From positions 206,650 through 270,649 of the forward strand of contig OZ242012.1 in assembly GCA_965204795.1 (NCBI GenBank): a stretch of DNA of 64,000 nucleotides, in the 5' to 3' direction. Shown here in pieces: positions 63,801 through 64,000 of this stretch. Position 1 is the stretch's first letter. Each line of letters opens with the position of its first letter. The translations under genes were made by a program, and so were the position numbers. The notes under the pieces are model-generated. The model did no database searches. It worked only from the letters and a program-made list of their open reading frames with translations, and was not told the origin of the DNA. Source of the DNA: Thermodesulfobacteriota bacterium. GTDB lineage: Bacteria > Desulfobacterota_D > UBA1144 > Nemesobacterales > Nemesobacteraceae.

Positions 63801-64000
63801 CCAGTACCGCGCGTTCTACGACGGCGAAAGCAGCTGGCGGGCCTGGGCGGCGATTTCGGGGAGCGGGGCGACCACCACGCAGTTCACGCAGAATCTCTAC
63901 TCGAACGCGAGGGGCGTGAGATACCAGATAAGGGCTTTGCGGGCCAAGGCCCCTCCGTCCGCGGCGAGCGTCGAGGTGCACGCCCATCCCGCCGCCGTCT
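60862..64000 (+). CDS. very large secreted repeat-module surface protein with fibronectin-type-III domains (3' end beyond window)
   Basis: Open frame from ATG 60862 to the window end, with no stops, over 1045 codons. The predicted signal peptide is ...RAFLLILVLAGALFPAQR. Two paralogous roughly 150-aa Cys-pair domains are present. There are at least four roughly 105-aa repeat modules (..DPLTE.NVGGATVTVTL.G.TY...G.F.K.DFEL..AP.GVTI..A.RSSATAAVLTLAYD..DFD...K.GVRV.A.GHSG...L..GEIDV.AVVE), each followed by an FN3 domain (..L.GWTDP.D..I.GYEYR......W.....SG..TTSYTV.GLSN..AYDF.IRA). It is absent from the ORF track because no stop lies in the window. Confidence 0.8.
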   Translation, partial: MNDLGRKENPHDTPPPLFRSGRAGLSRFSARAFLLILVLAGALFPAQRIFSQTAPNPSVWKDGITQGADSTLIDTEFLFAVQTPQTVVFRRTNVREAWQYIAIHACGDTKVKPPNPAQSIPSNFSNCSLLISGVPTGSLEYTRSFTPTAAMIANGGVVFAFRAIGQQRPAFLVKWVPVVGAAITSTNPVSLSESNIDGATVTVKIGTSYAAAGSLDKNDFELARAPAGVTVSSAERKSATEAVLTLAYDDGSDFDAAAKLSVRVKASGHSGSGDFTSGEVDVAAVVETRPARPTGLTATAANLSAVLGWTDPSDATITGWEYRRKLASASNYGPWTPMTGSGAATASYTVGGLSNDLAYDFQVRAVNSRAPTEASPASAKASATPVAAAAPTSTEWRYGQNIQHFCHNAVFYSVPTTSLLPSATPQTVTFHLRQVIVRFTWPSLELYACPWTSATPAGDTSVRPTGCQKLKDLWATSNSRDWSVNFTPTQAMISNGGAVMLSYCFNSGFHAARRIMHTKWVPMTDGASITGTGPATLGEGNLNAATVTVDLTGLTFLAGVAAGDFELSGVPAGVTVSVQSATRLAATDQARLTLSYGGEDYDSDFSLEIKAKASGHTGSADLLAGTVLVAATEETAAITAQSADPLTEANVGGATVTVTLSGETYVTSGFGKEDFELASAPSGVTISTAARSSATAAVLTLAYDSTDFDSDAKLGVRVLAAGHSGPENLETGEIDVEAVVEALSAPTGFSALAGDGRAGLSWTDPNNAAIEGYEYQRRNSGDGWPGTWTAIPGSGAGTTSYTVTGLSNNQAYDFRIRSTSSKATASAASAAASATPSAMSAAITSQSVDPLTETNVGGATVTVTLTGTTYAAAGSFDKDDFALASAPPGVTIGTAARSSATAAVLTLAYDGTDFDATEQIGVRVKASGHSGAGDLETGEIDVNAVVEEAPGKPSGLRAEPRDSHVVLKWNDPGDSTITGYQYRAFYDGESSWRAWAAISGSGATTTQFTQNLYSNARGVRYQIRALRAKAPPSAASVEVHAHPAAV
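60899..60910 (+). repeat. homopolymeric tract C12 inside the 5' coding region of the large surface-protein gene (candidate slipped-strand phase-variation site)
   Basis: Twelve consecutive C at 60899-60910. In the current state it encodes T-P-P-P-L, in frame with ATG 60862. With 13 C, the ATG at 60893, which has an AAGGAAA RBS 6 nt upstream, comes into frame instead. Confidence 0.9.
61440..63720 (+). repeat. divergent intragenic coding repeats (about 300-nt module units alternating with FN3 units) within the surface-protein gene
   Basis: Recurring nucleotide blocks such as acggtcacggtg / acggttacggt(g/t)ac(g)ct and gtgctgacgctcgcttacgacg occur at roughly 61450/61590, 62500/62640, 62810/62950 and 63420/63560. 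Confidence 0.75.

Noticed and set aside
1-64000. Search for CRISPR arrays, rRNA, tRNA and IS elements
   Set aside because: No regularly spaced short direct repeats, no tRNA-like T-loop or acceptor signatures, and no transposase or integrase ORFs were seen. The only tandem repeat (53521-54060) is a gene duplication, not a CRISPR array.

Overview
This 64 kb window comes from a GC-rich Gram-negative bacterial chromosome. The evidence for Gram-negative is outer-membrane beta-barrel proteins, a LapA-like protein, a Tsx-like channel and GlnD. The many long R/P/G-rich antisense ORFs in the six-frame track are GC artefacts.

The backbone is housekeeping genes, listed in order:
- A peptidoglycan-recycling anmK fragment, nagZ and a sodium:solute symporter.
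- An orphan nuoI.
- A fused accA-accD carboxyltransferase.
- erpA, an M24 aminopeptidase, mazG, outer-membrane beta-barrel proteins and archaeal-type apgM.
- The aroA-cmk-rpsA cluster.
- sppA, lapA-like, lipA, a nitrilase, a cupin, a DCC oxidoreductase and tam.
- dnaB, glycerate kinase, an orphan nuoE, a PduO-type adenosyltransferase, an O-methyltransferase and glnD.
- The nadB-nadC-nadA operon.
- ggt next to an ECF42-type sigma factor.
- Ferritin, an NCS2 purine permease and a Tsx-like channel.
- lon and a PA0069-type radical SAM protein.
- hisG (short form), murA and prmC.
- The yggS-proC-yggT operon.

AT-rich, apparently horizontally acquired pockets interrupt this backbone, and almost every pocket carries a toxin-antitoxin-like or defence-like module. 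The modules are:
- HigB with a HigA antitoxin fused to an ImmA/IrrE metallopeptidase.
- A 62-aa acidic protein with an SDH/ClpP-fold serine peptidase.
- A Panacea (DUF4065) antitoxin with a small 2-TM toxin candidate.
- A ParD-RHH-MntA fusion with HepT.
- An XRE-ImmA/IrrE protein with a PIN-like DUF4411 protein.
- A Dam-type methyltransferase with an HNH endonuclease (type II R-M) and two unknown genes.
- Tandemly duplicated orphan RHH genes facing an XhlA-like tail-anchored protein.
- A hicA remnant with hicB, and an orphan UPF0150.

The window ends in a giant secreted FN3/repeat-module surface protein that runs off the edge. A 12-C homopolymer in its 5' end makes it a strong phase-variation candidate. 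No rRNA, tRNA, CRISPR array, transposase or integrase was seen.

All family assignments rest on reading conserved motifs by eye. No database search was possible.
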